DNA of 64,000 bases from Candidatus Latescibacterota bacterium (GTDB taxonomy: Bacteria; Krumholzibacteriota; Krumholzibacteriia; WVZY01; JAKEHA01). The notes below the pieces were generated by a model, which saw only the letters and a list, made by a program, of their open reading frames with translations, did no database searches and had not been told where the DNA came from. The translations under genes were made by a program, and so were the position numbers. Numbering within the stretch: the stretch's first letter is position 1; each line of letters begins with the position of its first letter. The stretch spans positions 1,632,001 to 1,696,000 of the forward strand of contig OY970173.1 of the NCBI GenBank assembly GCA_963707635.1, written 5' to 3'. This document shows, in pieces, positions 51,051 through 61,501 of the stretch.

Positions 51051-52861
51051 CCAGGAGAACAAAGATGAAGGTGGCGAAGGGAACCAGCACGAAAGCGGCG
51101 GCCGCTGCGACGCCGGATCGTTTCGACGACGTGCTCGAAGACATCCGTCGGATCGCGGAGGACAAGGGCTTCGTTCTGAACCACGAGATCGACTCGCTGG
51201 TGGGGGACGACTTCACGCCCGAGGACATCGTGGTCCTGTACGATCGTTTGAGCGAGGAGAAGATCGACTTCTTCGACTCGCCGGAAAAGGCGCGTCTCAA
51301 AATCGACGCGCGCAAGCGCCGCGAGGAGAAGGAAGAGCAGAAGACCGAAGAGGAAGTCAAGGCGGTCATCCGCTACGACGACCCCGTGCGCATGTACCTG
51401 CGCGAGATGGGGAAGGTGCCGCTGCTCGACCGCGAGGGCGAAGTCGAGATCGCCAAGCGCATCGAGCAGGGCCAGATCCTGATCGCGAAGGCGGTCTTCT
51501 CGCTGGATTCACCGGTGCGGGAGCTGCAGAGGCTCGCGCGGACCGTCGAGAAGGGCGACATGCGTCTCGACGAGGTGGTGCAGGTGGAGACGGGCGGGAT
51601 CGCCCCGTCGGCCACCGGCAAGAAGGAGCGCCAGATGCGCTTCCGCCCGGTCAAGAAGATCGCGGCGTTGCGCAAGGAGATCGTCGAGGTCCAGAAGAAG
51701 CTCAAGCTCAAGAAGAACACGACCAAGCGGCCGGCGCTGGAGCGCTCGCTCGAACTGCGCCAGGCGAAGCTCTTCGAGGAGTACATCAAGCTCCAGCTCA
51801 ATCCGAAGCAGCTGGAGCGCATCGTCGAAAACATCCGCGTCACCCGCGACCGGCTCAAGGATTACGAATCGAAGCTCGGCGAGTACGAAGAGTTCGTCGG
51901 GCTCACCTACGACGACATCCTCGCGCACGTGAAGAAGCTCAAGGGCGGCTCGCGCCGGCGTAACGTCAAAGTCGACGGCAAGGGGATGTGGTCGCTCGAG
52001 ATGCTGGAAGACTTCGAGCGCAAGATGCGGGCGTTGCGCGCCGAGATCAAGGAGATCGAGAAGGAAGAGAACATCTCGATCAAGGATCTCGACAAGATCG
52101 TGGACAGCATCCGCAAGGGTGAGATCCAGGTCCAGCGCGCCAAGAAGGAGATGATCGAGGCGAACGTCCGTCTCGTCATCGCCATCGCGAAGCGCTACAC
52201 CAACCGCGGGCTCGAGTTCCTCGACCTGATTCAGGAGGGCAACAGCGGGCTCATGCGCGCGGTCGACAAGTTCGACTACCGCAAGGGCTACAAGTTCTCC
52301 ACCTACGCGACGTGGTGGATCCGCCAGGCCATCACGCGCGCGATCGCGGACCAGGCGCGCACCATCCGCGTGCCCGTGCACATGATCGAGGCCATCAACA
52401 AGGTCTCCCGCGCGCAGCGCAAGCTCGTGCAGGAGAACGGCCGCGACCCGACCCCGGAAGAGGTGGCGAAGAAACTCGACTACCCGCTCGACAAGGTCAA
52501 GAGTGTGATGAAGGCGAGCATGGAGCCGATTTCGCTCGACCGGCCGATCGGCGAGGACGAGGACTCCAACCTGTCCGACTTCATCGAAGACACGTCGGCG
52601 GCTTCGCCCGCGCAGTCGGCGTCCCACGCCATGCTGCGCGACCAGCTCAACCGCGTGTTGAGCACGCTCACGCGTCGCGAGGAGAAAGTCATCCGCCTGC
52701 GCTTCGGCCTGGGGGATGGAACGCCGCGCACGCTGGAAGAGGTCGGCACGATCTTTAATGTCACGCGCGAGCGCGTGCGTCAGATCGAGGCGAAGGCCCT
52801 GAAGAAGCTCCAGCACCCGAGCCGGGCGCGAAAGCTCAAGGGCTACACCGAGATCATATGA
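51047..52861 (+). CDS. rpoD: RNA polymerase sigma factor RpoD
   Basis: [47 protein letters not shown]. Confidence 0.98.
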   Translation: MTRRTKMKVAKGTSTKAAAAATPDRFDDVLEDIRRIAEDKGFVLNHEIDSLVGDDFTPEDIVVLYDRLSEEKIDFFDSPEKARLKIDARKRREEKEEQKTEEEVKAVIRYDDPVRMYLREMGKVPLLDREGEVEIAKRIEQGQILIAKAVFSLDSPVRELQRLARTVEKGDMRLDEVVQVETGGIAPSATGKKERQMRFRPVKKIAALRKEIVEVQKKLKLKKNTTKRPALERSLELRQAKLFEEYIKLQLNPKQLERIVENIRVTRDRLKDYESKLGEYEEFVGLTYDDILAHVKKLKGGSRRRNVKVDGKGMWSLEMLEDFERKMRALRAEIKEIEKEENISIKDLDKIVDSIRKGEIQVQRAKKEMIEANVRLVIAIAKRYTNRGLEFLDLIQEGNSGLMRAVDKFDYRKGYKFSTYATWWIRQAITRAIADQARTIRVPVHMIEAINKVSRAQRKLVQENGRDPTPEEVAKKLDYPLDKVKSVMKASMEPISLDRPIGEDEDSNLSDFIEDTSAASPAQSASHAMLRDQLNRVLSTLTRREEKVIRLRFGLGDGTPRTLEEVGTIFNVTRERVRQIEAKALKKLQHPSRARKLKGYTEII

Positions 52862-52867
52862 TCGATT

Positions 52868-52900
52868 GTCGGGCGTCGACGCGAGTGGTCGACGCCCGAC
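52868..52900. terminator. Hairpin after rpoD
   Basis: GTCGGGCGTCGAC-N7-GTCGACGCCCGAC; no clear U tract. Confidence 0.5.
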
Positions 52901-52963
52901 GCGCTCCCTCCAAGTTCGACGTCTCCACGCCACGATTGCGCAGGGCCCACGCGTTAAGGATGT

Positions 52964-52993
52964 TTGACGCCAGGGCGAACGTCGGGGTATGCT
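52964..52993 (+). promoter_or_regulatory. Sigma70-type promoter of the tRNA
   Basis: TTGACG-N18-TATGCT ending 9 nt before the tRNA 5' end. Confidence 0.65.
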
Positions 52994-53034
52994 CCGGCGA
53001 CAGGGCCCATAGCTCAGGGGTTAGAGCAGCCGGC

Positions 53035-53412
53035 TCAACGCAGTGAATCTAAGTTGAGACGAGGGTTGTGTAGCTCGGCGTGGCAGTTGTGACAGACTAG
53101 AATGCACTTGTGCACCTCCGCCAACACTGAATCCAGCTTTCGGTTGGAGAGAGATCGTATGTCCAACTTGAAATGCTTCTTCTTGGCGCCAGGGGTGTGA
53201 TGAAAGGCGAGCGCGGCCAGGTTCTTGTTGTATCCGCAAATCGAGCAGCGACCGCCCGCCTTCTTGACTAGTTCGAGCTTTCTAGCCAGTCCTCGCCGCT
53301 GTTGTGCTGCGTAACTCTGATGGTGGTCGTTCTTGCAGGGAATCGAGCAGAATCGAGATTGCCGGCCTCGCAGACGGGCACCGCACACGATGCAGTTAGA
53401 CTTAATGGTCAT
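53035..53412 (-). CDS. Zinc-finger HNH endonuclease (putative homing endonuclease)
   Basis: CxxC...CxxxC N-terminus, CSICG...LAFHH...CILVCHNCHAELH; lower GC than the flanks; lies inside the intron. Confidence 0.85.
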   Translation of the reverse strand: MTIKSNCIVCGARLRGRQSRFCSIPCKNDHHQSYAAQQRRGLARKLELVKKAGGRCSICGYNKNLAALAFHHTPGAKKKHFKLDIRSLSNRKLDSVLAEVHKCILVCHNCHAELHNPRLNLDSLR

Positions 53413-53639
53413 AACTGTAATCTACGCTCAATATGATTTGATTGCCAAGGGCTGCCTGGCGAGTAATCGCCAGGGCATAGCCTGCCAAACTCGGGGAAGC
53501 CTAAATCGAGTGACACGGTAATCCCGAGCCAAGCTCCGTCAGGAGAAGGTGTAGAGACTAGACGGCAGGCACCCCACGGGGGTGAAGGGATAGTCCAGCC
53601 CACGAACTCGAAAGGGGCAGCGAAAGCTGTCGTGGGACG
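53036..53639 (+). mobile_element. Group I self-splicing intron (Azoarcus-like, IC3) with homing endonuclease
   Basis: U before the 5' splice site and terminal G. Core motifs AAACTCGGGGAAGCC, GGTAATCCCGAGCCAAGC, GAAGGTGTAGAGACTAGACGGCA, GAAGGGATAGTCC. P3 GCCTGCC/GGCAGGC and P7 GACTA/TAGTC. Confidence 0.93.
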
Positions 53640-53765
53640 CATAACCGGTCGCGCCCAGGTTCAAATCCTGGTGGGCCCACCAAGTTCCAGTCGCAGAGAG
53701 TTGAGCGTGCACTTCGGCACGTTGGTTGACCATATCGGAGGGAGCCACGCCGGCAGCGGCACACC

Positions 53766-54482
53766 ATGACCGACCTCCGCCGCGACATCAGCCTCTTTGT
53801 CAGCGTGGCCCGCATCGAAGCGGCGCTGCACGCGAACCACGTCACCCTCCAGAGACTGCCGCAGGAAATCGCCGCGATCGATAGCGCCCTGGCCGCGCTG
53901 GAGGCGAAGGAGAAGGCGTCGCACGCGGCGTTCGAGGAGATGCAGAAGCGGCGGCGCGAGGTGGAGCGGCTGATGCGCGAGCACGAAGATCACCTGCGGA
54001 AGTGCCGAGGCCAGCAGTCCCTGGTCAAGACCAACGAAGAGTACACCGCCATGCTCAAGGAGATCGCTCAACTCGAGCAGTCGATTTCCAACGACGAGGA
54101 GCAGATCCTCGTCCTCATGGATCAACTCGAACACGCGCAGCGCGAAGCCGCCGGGGCGACGGAGCTGTACCAGATCGAGCACGCGCGGCGCACGAAGGAG
54201 CGGCAAGCTCTGGAGGCGCAGGCGGAGTCGCTCGCGGGTGAGACCGCCCGCCTGACCGCGGAGAGGCCGCGAATCCTCGCCGAGATCACGCCGGCGCTCG
54301 TCAAACGCTACGAGCGCGTCGCCGGAAAGCACCGCGACGTCGCGGTCACGCGGGTCGAAGCGGAGCACTGCGGCGCGTGCCGCCAGCAGCTCCCGCCGCA
54401 GGTCGCGGTCGAGGTGCGCAAGAACGATCAGTTCCTCACCTGCCCGGCCTGCGGGCGCATCCTCATCCACTATGCAGATTGA
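53766..54482 (+). CDS. Coiled-coil protein with C4 zinc ribbon (DUF164-like)
   Basis: KTN.EY.A...EI, CGAC...LPPQ, CPACGRIL. Confidence 0.88.
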   Translation: MTDLRRDISLFVSVARIEAALHANHVTLQRLPQEIAAIDSALAALEAKEKASHAAFEEMQKRRREVERLMREHEDHLRKCRGQQSLVKTNEEYTAMLKEIAQLEQSISNDEEQILVLMDQLEHAQREAAGATELYQIEHARRTKERQALEAQAESLAGETARLTAERPRILAEITPALVKRYERVAGKHRDVAVTRVEAEHCGACRQQLPPQVAVEVRKNDQFLTCPACGRILIHYAD

Positions 54483-55071
54483 CGCCGCCCTCGCGGCGAA
54501 GCTCGCGATCGTCCTCGACAGGTTGCTCGACGGAAAGACGCTCGCGGTGGCGGCGGTCGAGGCCGGCATGAGTGCCTCGGAAGTGGAGCGCTTCGCGAAG
54601 GAGCTCAAGCGTGACCTGGGCCGTCCGCCGCGACCGAAACCGGTGCGCAAGGGCAAGGGCGGCCTCTCGCTCGTCGCCTACGCGGACGGCGGCTCGCGCG
54701 GCAACCCGGGTAAGGCGGCGTGCGGCGTGCTGGTGACGGATGCCGATGGCGCCGAGCTGCTCCGGCGCGCGAAGACGCTGGGGAAGACCACCAACAACGT
54801 TGCGGAGTACGAAGGGGTGCTCTACGCGCTTGAGTTGTGCCGCGATCTGGGCGCGGCGCACGTGTTGCTCCGCCTGGACAGCGAGCTGGTCGTGCGCCAG
54901 CTCGAGGGACGCTACAAGGTCAAGCACGCCGGACTCGCAAAGCTCCACGCGCGAGCCCGCGAGGCCGCTTCGGCGTTCGAGTCGTTTCACGTCGAATACG
55001 TGCCCCGCGCCCAGAACGCAATCGCGGACCAACTCGCCAACGCAGCGCTCGACGGCAAGGAACTGGACTGA
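54472..55071 (+). CDS. rnhA: Ribonuclease HI
   Basis: YADGGSRGNPG, TNNVAEY, DSELVV.Q..G.YKVK, VPR.QN..AD.LAN. Confidence 0.92.
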   Translation: MQIDAALAAKLAIVLDRLLDGKTLAVAAVEAGMSASEVERFAKELKRDLGRPPRPKPVRKGKGGLSLVAYADGGSRGNPGKAACGVLVTDADGAELLRRAKTLGKTTNNVAEYEGVLYALELCRDLGAAHVLLRLDSELVVRQLEGRYKVKHAGLAKLHARAREAASAFESFHVEYVPRAQNAIADQLANAALDGKELD

Positions 55072-55084
55072 AGACGGGCAGTCG

Positions 55085-55113
55085 TTGCGCGGAGAGCCCG
55101 TGCTCCCTATAAT
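55085..55113 (+). promoter_or_regulatory. Sigma70 promoter of rnpB
   Basis: TTGCGC-N17-TATAAT just upstream of the RNA. Confidence 0.75.
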
Positions 55114-55119
55114 CCCCTC

Positions 55120-55489
55120 GGTCCGAGCGGGCGAGATGATCGCGGGCGGCTGCGCGCCGCTCGAGGAAAGTCCGAGCACCACGGAGCGGGATGCTGGATA
55201 ACGTCCAGCGGAAGCGATTCCAGGGAAAGTGCCACAGAAAACATACCGCCTACTCCCGGGCAACCGGGACGGCAAGGGTGAAAAGGTGAGGTAAGAGCTC
55301 ACCGGGCTTCCGGCGACGGCGGCCGTCATGGTAAACCCCATCCGGTGCAAGACCAAATAGGAGAGCAGAGGCGCTCCGCCTCAGTATGACTCTCGGGTTG
55401 GTTGCTCGAGGTGTCCGGTAACGGACATCCCAGACAAATGATCATCCTCCTTCGGGAGAACAGAACTCGGCTTATGTCCCGCTCGGACC
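55120..55489 (+). ncRNA. rnpB: RNase P RNA (class A)
   Basis: GAGGAAAGTCC, AGTGCCACAGAAA, GGTAAACCCC, GCAAGACCAAATAG, ACAGAACTCGGCTTA; P1 GGTCCGAGCGGG/CCCGCTCGGACC. Confidence 0.97.
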
Positions 55490-55498
55490 GCTTTCTTG

Positions 55499-57212
55499 AT
55501 GAACAAGTACCGGTGGCTGCGCAACGATACGATCGATGAGGGAGCGGCGAGCGTCCTCGCCGCCGAGCTCGCGATACCGGCGGCCGCCGCGCGTTTCCTG
55601 GTCGGACGATCGATCAGCGATCCGGCCGCCGCGCACGAGTACTTTCAGCCCACCCTCGAGCACACCCACGACCCGTTTCAATTCGAGCGCATGCGCGAGG
55701 CCGTTGCGCTGGTCCAGGCGGCGGAGCGGGACGCGCAGGTCGTGCTCGTGCACGGCGACTACGACGTCGACGGCATCTCCGGCGCGGCGCTCCTGTATCA
55801 CTTTCTTGAGCGGGGCCTTTGCCACCGTGCTGCGGTTCGTGCCCGACCGGCGCCGCGACGGCTACGGCGTGGCGGAGCGCGCGATCGAGTGGGCGATCGA
55901 GCAGAAAGTCGGGCTGTTCATCGCGGTCGACTGCGGCACCTCGGACGCACCGCGTCTGCGCCGGCTCGAAGCGGCCGGCATCCGTGTGATCGTGTGCGAC
56001 CATCACCAGCTCCCGGTGGACGGCGACGTGGCCGGCGTGCTGTTGAACCCGGTGCGGCCGGGAGAAACCTATCCATTCCCGTCGCTGTGCGGAACCGGCG
56101 TCGCGTACAAGCTCATTCAGGCGCTGGCCGCGTCCGGGTTTCGCGGCGCGACCGAACCGGAGTCGCTCCTGGACCTGGTCGCGCTGGCCACGGTCGCCGA
56201 CATGGCGCCGCTGGTCGGCGAGAACCGCTACTTCGTTCGCGCGGGGCTTTCGAATATCAACCGCGCGCCGCGTCCCGGCCTCGAGGCGATCCGGAACCTC
56301 GCGCGACTGTCCGGCAGCGTGATCACCTCGCGGCACCTCTCGTTCGCGTTCGCGCCGCGCTTGAATGCGCCCGGCCGCGTGTCGCGGCCGAAGCCGTCGC
56401 TCGAAATCCTGTGCGCGGGGGTAAAGGAGCGCGCGCTCCAGCTCGCCGCGATCCTCGAGGAAGAGAACGACCGACGCCGCACGCTGACCGAACGCGTACA
56501 GACCGAGGCGATCGCCGCCATCAACGGGATGCCGGACCGCGGCGAGCGCGGCGGATTCGTGCTGGCGAGCGACGCGTGGAACGAAGGCGTGCTCGGCATC
56601 GCGGCGGCGCGGCTGGTCGAGCAGTTCGGCCGGCCCGCCATCCTCATGAGCCCGAGCAACGGGCTGCTCAAGGGCTCGGGGCGCAGCATTCCGGGGGTCA
56701 ATCTCAAGGAACACCTCGACCACTTCCAGCACAGATTGATTCGCTACGGCGGCCACGCGGGCGCGGTGGGTCTCACCATGGAGCCGGCGGAGCTGGATCG
56801 GTTCGCGGTGGATTTTTCCGACCGGCTGCGCGAAGTGCTTCCGCCCGGGAGCGGCGTCACCCTGACGATCGACGCGGAGCTCACCATCGCCGAGTGCACG
56901 CTCGAACTCGTCGACGTGCTCGCGCGGTGCGAACCGTTTGGCGCCGGCAACGCCGAGCCGGTGTGGATGCTGCGCGACGTCCAGATAGCGCGCGACACGT
57001 CGCTGGTGGGAGACGGTCATTTGAAACTGTTCTTCTTCGACGCCACCGGCGCGCGCGCGTCGGCGATCGCGTTCGGGTGGGATCGCCCGCAATCGCCGGA
57101 GGACCTGCACGGCCGCTCCCTGGATCTCGCGGTGACGCTGCGCAAGACCACCTACCTCGGAACCGCGTACCCGGACCTCCGCATCGTGGACCTGCGCGAG
57201 AGCGGGGCCTAG
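55499..57212 (+). CDS. recJ: ssDNA exonuclease RecJ (frameshift near 55803)
   Basis: HGDYDVDG in the first frame; DCG, DHH, ATVAD, PRLNA.GR, KGSGRS, GGH..A.G in the second. Confidence 0.9.
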
Positions 57213-57218
57213 CGCGCG

Positions 57219-57662
57219 ATGCGCGCCGTCGTCCAACGCGTGGAGCGGGCCGGCGTTTCCGTCGGCGGGCGCGAAATCGCGCGCATCGGGCGCGGGTTCC
57301 TGGTGCTCGTGGGCTTCCGCAAGAACGAAACGGAGACAGCGCTGGAATGGATGGCGCGAAAGATCGCGTCGCTGCGCGTGTTCCAGGACGGCGAGGGCAA
57401 GATGACCGCGGCGCTCGACACGGTGGGTGGCGAGGTGCTGGTGGTGTCGCAATTCACCCTCTACGCCGACGTGAACAAGGGTGCCAGACCGAGCTTCGAT
57501 CAGAGCGCACCCGCGGAGGAAGCGCACCGCCTCTACGACCGCTTCGTCGATCTGCTCCGCGCCCAGATCGGCGGCCGCGTGGCCACCGGAGAGTTCCAGG
57601 CCTCGATGCAGGTGGAGCTGGTGAACGACGGCCCGGTCACCATCGTGATCGAGCGGGAATGA
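57219..57662 (+). CDS. dtd: D-aminoacyl-tRNA deacylase
   Basis: MRAVVQRV, VSQFTL, M.V.LVNDGPVT. Confidence 0.96.
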   Translation: MRAVVQRVERAGVSVGGREIARIGRGFLVLVGFRKNETETALEWMARKIASLRVFQDGEGKMTAALDTVGGEVLVVSQFTLYADVNKGARPSFDQSAPAEEAHRLYDRFVDLLRAQIGGRVATGEFQASMQVELVNDGPVTIVIERE

Positions 57663-57669
57663 GCACGCC

Positions 57670-58261
57670 ATGAACCCGTTTCTCTCCCCGGACCAGCAGC
57701 GCGACCTCGTGCTCGCGTCGCGTTCGCCCCGCCGCGCGGAGATCATGCGCGGCCTCGGGCTCGAGTTCGAGGTCGAGCCGGCGCCGGAGCACCTCGAAGA
57801 CGACGTGACGCACGACGACCCCTTCCTGCTCCCCGGATTTCTGGCCGCGCGCAAGTGCGAGCACGTCGCCCGCCGGTGGCCCCAGCGCACCGTGATCGCG
57901 GCGGACACAGTCGTGATCGTGGACGGCGACGTCCTCAACAAGCCCGGCGAGCGACGAGCAGGCGCGCGAGTTCCTGGCGCGACTCGCGGGCCGCGCGCAC
58001 GATGTTGTCACCGCGGTCGTGATCCGCGGGGTCGCACGCCGCGTCACCGTGGCCGGCAGCGAGCGGACCCGGGTGACGTTCCGCGCGTTGAGCGCGGAGG
58101 AGATCGCGGCCTACGTGACCACGGGCGAAGGGCGCGACAAGGCGGGGTCGTACGCGGCGCAGGGCCTCGGCGCCGGGTTGATTCGTTCGATCGACGGGTG
58201 CTTTTTCAACGTCGTGGGGCTGCCGGTGTCGCTCCTGCTCGACTTGCTCAAGAGGACCTGA
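57670..58261 (+). CDS. maf: Maf-family nucleotide pyrophosphatase (frameshift near 57946)
   Basis: LASRSPRR, AADTVV, KP, then DKAGSY..QG and NVVGLP in the shifted frame. Confidence 0.88.
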
Positions 58262-58262
58262 A

Positions 58263-59372
58263 ATGCCAATTGAGATCCTGCCCACCGTGCGACTCGTGCG
58301 GGGAAAGCTCCGCATCATCGACCAGACTCTGCTGCCCGCGCGCTACGAGATCCGTGACATCGGCCGCGTCGACGACGTGTGCGAAGCGATCCTCAACCTG
58401 CGCGTTCGCGGCGCTCCCGCGATCGGCGTAGCCGGCGCGTACGGCGTGCTGATTGCGATCGAAGAGTGGTCGCGGGAATGGGTGTTCGATTCGGCGGTTG
58501 GCACTGCCCGCACGAGCGCGCAGGTGCGCCCCGAGCACGCGGGCACCCGCCTCCCGACGCTCGACGAGCTGCGCGACACGCTCGAGCGCGCGGCGGCGCG
58601 GATCGTGATGACGCGCCCGACGGCGGTGAATCTGTCGGCGGCGCTCGAACGCATGCGCCGGGTGTGGCTGCAGGACGGAGAGGTGACGGCGACACTGCTC
58701 GAACTGGTGCGCGAGGCGGATGCCATCCTGGAAGAGGACCTGGCCATGTGCGCGGCGCTCTCCGCGCACGGGTCGGGGCTGATCGCGGACGGCGACGCCG
58801 TGCTGACGCACTGCAACACCGGCGGGCTCGCGACCGGCGGGGTGGGGACGGCGCTGGGAGTCGTCTTTGCGGCCGCCGGCGCGGGCAAGCGCGTCCGTGT
58901 CTACGCGGACGAGACCCGGCCGCTCCTGCAGGGCGCGCGCCTGACCGCGTGGGAGTGCCGGCGCCAGGGCGTTCCCGTCACCGTACTGGTGGAAGGCGCC
59001 GCGGCGTCGCTGCTCGCCGCGCGCGGCGTGGCGTGCGTGGTGGTGGGCGCCGACCGCATCGCCGCCAACGGCGACACCGCCAACAAGGTGGGGACCCACG
59101 CGCTCGCCATCCTGGCGCGCCGCTTCGGCGTCCCGTTCTACGTCGCGGCGCCCTCGACTTCCATCGATGCGTCGCTCCCCGACGGCGCCGGGATTCCGAT
59201 CGAGCAGCGCGCGGGCGATGAAGTCACGTCCTTTGCCGGCACACCGATCACGCCCGAGGGCGTGGATGTCTACAACCCGGCGTTCGACGTGACGCCGGCG
59301 GAATTGGTCGACGCCATCGTGACCGAACACGGCGTGCACCGCCCGCCGTTCCGGTTCGGGATACCGGCGTGA
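58263..59372 (+). CDS. mtnA: Methylthioribose-1-phosphate isomerase
   Basis: IDQT.LP, VRGAPAIG, RPTAVNL, THCNTG.LAT, ETRP.LQGARLT, NPAFDVTP. Confidence 0.95.
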   Translation: MPIEILPTVRLVRGKLRIIDQTLLPARYEIRDIGRVDDVCEAILNLRVRGAPAIGVAGAYGVLIAIEEWSREWVFDSAVGTARTSAQVRPEHAGTRLPTLDELRDTLERAAARIVMTRPTAVNLSAALERMRRVWLQDGEVTATLLELVREADAILEEDLAMCAALSAHGSGLIADGDAVLTHCNTGGLATGGVGTALGVVFAAAGAGKRVRVYADETRPLLQGARLTAWECRRQGVPVTVLVEGAAASLLAARGVACVVVGADRIAANGDTANKVGTHALAILARRFGVPFYVAAPSTSIDASLPDGAGIPIEQRAGDEVTSFAGTPITPEGVDVYNPAFDVTPAELVDAIVTEHGVHRPPFRFGIPA

Positions 59373-60146
59373 TCGAATACACGGTCGTCTGTCGTGGTGG
59401 CGCTAGCGGCCTCGGCGCTGACTCTCTTTTCGGGTTTCGGTCTCGGCACGCTGCTGCTGCCCGCGTTCCTCGCCTTCTTCGCGCCGCCGATCGCGGTGGC
59501 GATGACGGCGGTGGTGCACTTTGTGAACAACCTGGTCAAGCTGGGGCTGGTCGGCCGGCTCGCGGATCGCACCGTGGTGAGGCGATTCGGTCTCCCCGCG
59601 ATACTCGCGAGCCTCGTCGGTGCCCGCATGCTGGTGACGCTGTCGAGCCGCGAGCCCATCGCGACCTACACGCTGTTCGGGCGCCCGCACGACGTCACCG
59701 TGATCGGCGTGCTCGTGGGTGCGCTCATCGCCATGTTCGCGCTCTGGGAGGTGTGGCCACGGCTCTCGCGCCTGTCATTTCCGCCTGCCTACCTCCCGGT
59801 CGGCGGGGTGTTGAGCGGCTTCTTCGGCGGGCTCTCCGGGCACCAGGGGGCGCTGCGCAGCGCGTTCCTGATTCGCTCCGGGCTCTCGAAGGAGGCGTAC
59901 ATCGGTACTGGCGTGATGATCGCGTGCCTGGTGGACACCGCCCGGCTCGTGCTTTACGGCCGGGCGATCGGGTTCGCCGCCGTGCGCGACGAGTGGCGGC
60001 TCGCCGGGGCCGCGGTAGCGGCTGCGGTGGTGGGCGCTCTTGTGGGAGCGCGCATCGTGCCCTCGGTGTCGATGCGGTTCGTTCGCCGCGTGACCACGGT
60101 GCTCCTGCTCGTGGTAGCGGTTGCCATCGCGGCCGGGCTCACGTAG
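59369..60146 (+). CDS. TSUP/TauE-family sulfite exporter-like membrane protein (probable indel near 59392)
   Basis: LTLFSGFGLGT.L.P, GG..SGFFGGLSGHQGALRS. The natural N-terminus MIEYTVVC is in another frame. Confidence 0.8.
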
Positions 60147-60214
60147 CGCGCTTGCAGCGCGCGCGCGGCGGTCGTACCATGAAAGCGCGCCGCGCGGGCG
60201 GCGCGGGGGGCGCC

Positions 60215-60694
60215 ATGACTCGCAAGGCATTCACCGTCGACGAGGCCAACGGGCTCATTCCCGTGCTCGCGGACGTGTTCCGCGAAGTCGAGGCCCACCG
60301 GCGCCGCATTCGAGAGGCCGCGAAGAAACTCGAGGTGTTGGAGCTGCTCTGGGGCGGGGCGCTGCGCGACGCGACCAACCCCGACCACGCAGAGTTCGCC
60401 CGCCGTCGCGAAGATATCGACCGGGCGATGCTCGCGATCCAGAACGCGGTGGAACACGGCGTGATCGCCCGCGGGCTGCGCCTTCCTCCGGGGGGCCTGG
60501 AGGAGGGGCTGGTCGACTTTCCGACCACCTATCAGGGCCGCTGGGTGTACCTGTGCTGGCACGTCGGCGAGCACGATCTGCGCTTCTGGCACGAGACGGA
60601 CGCCGGCTTCGCCGGACGGCGGAAGATCACGGAACTGCAGCGCCTCGAGATGGGTAGCCCGGGATCGTCGTCGCTGGACGAATCTCCCTTCTGA
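60215..60694 (+). CDS. DUF2203-like protein
   Basis: FTV.EAN..IP, GLVDFP, VYLCW..GE....WH....GFAGR. Confidence 0.85.
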   Translation: MTRKAFTVDEANGLIPVLADVFREVEAHRRRIREAAKKLEVLELLWGGALRDATNPDHAEFARRREDIDRAMLAIQNAVEHGVIARGLRLPPGGLEEGLVDFPTTYQGRWVYLCWHVGEHDLRFWHETDAGFAGRRKITELQRLEMGSPGSSSLDESPF

Positions 60695-60737
60695 TTTCCA
60701 GGTGAATCGTTCCTGACCTTCGATTACCATCGCCGTC

Positions 60738-61493
60738 GTGAACATCGACCTCGCGGGCAAGCGTGCGCTGGTGACCGGAGCCAGCCGCGGCATCGGACGC
60801 GCGATCGCGGAGGCGTTGATCGGGTCGGGCGCGCGCGTGGCGGTTCACTACCACCGGCAGCACGGCGCCGCCGAGGCCGTCGCGCGCGGCGGCGCGGGCT
60901 CGTGCACGATCGCCGCCGACCTGTCCGACGCGGGGGCGTGTGGCACACTGGTGGAACGCGCGGTCGCCGCGCTCGGCGGACTCGACGTGCTGGTGAACAA
61001 CGCCGGCATCGCGCTGGCCTCGCCCATCGACGACGCGGCCGAGGCGTGGACGCGTGCCTGGGACGAGACTATGGCCGTCAACCTGACGGCCTCCGCGATC
61101 CTCGCGCGGGACGCCATCCGCCACTTTCGAGGCCACGGCGGCGGGCGCATCGTGTTCATCGCGTCGCGCGCCGCGTTTCGCGGCGACGCCCCCGAGTACC
61201 TCGCGTACGCCGCGTCGAAGGGCGGGATGGTGACGCTGTCGCGTTCGATCGCGCGCGGGTTCGGCAAGGAGGGCGTGGCGTCGTTCGTCGTGGCACCCGG
61301 GTTCACGCGCACCGAGATGGCGGAAGCGTTCATCGAAACGTACGGCGAGGCCTTCGCTATGAAAGACATCGCACTCGACCGCATGACCGAACCGCGCGAC
61401 ATTGCGCCGCTGGTCGTATTTCTGGCGAGCGGGCTCGCCGACCACTGCACGGGCACCTCGATCGACGTGAACGCGGGCAGCTACGTGCGCTAG
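60738..61493 (+). CDS. SDR family oxidoreductase
   Basis: TGASRGIG, NNAG, YAASK. Confidence 0.92.
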   Translation: MNIDLAGKRALVTGASRGIGRAIAEALIGSGARVAVHYHRQHGAAEAVARGGAGSCTIAADLSDAGACGTLVERAVAALGGLDVLVNNAGIALASPIDDAAEAWTRAWDETMAVNLTASAILARDAIRHFRGHGGGRIVFIASRAAFRGDAPEYLAYAASKGGMVTLSRSIARGFGKEGVASFVVAPGFTRTEMAEAFIETYGEAFAMKDIALDRMTEPRDIAPLVVFLASGLADHCTGTSIDVNAGSYVR

Positions 61494-61501
61494 GAGAAAC
61501 C

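Larger units (their letters stand above)
53003..53682 (+). tRNA. ileX: tRNA-Ile2(CAT), exons 53003-53035 and 53640-53682
   Basis: Joined exons give a 76-nt cloverleaf GGGCCCA...GCCGG-CT^CATAA-CCGGT...TTCAAAT...TGGGCCCACCA. G1-C72, C4-G69 and C5-G68, and the lack of an fMet GGG/CCC run, favour Ile2. Confidence 0.88.

Noticed and set aside
53003..53682. Integrated element with att sites, or initiator tRNA-fMet
   Set aside because: No duplicated tRNA end and no integrase; group I core motifs explain the insert. G1-C72 pairing and the lack of three G-C pairs in the anticodon stem argue against fMet.
55790..55815. Programmed ribosomal frameshifting in recJ or maf
   Set aside because: No canonical slippery heptamer, and similar indels are scattered across unrelated genes.
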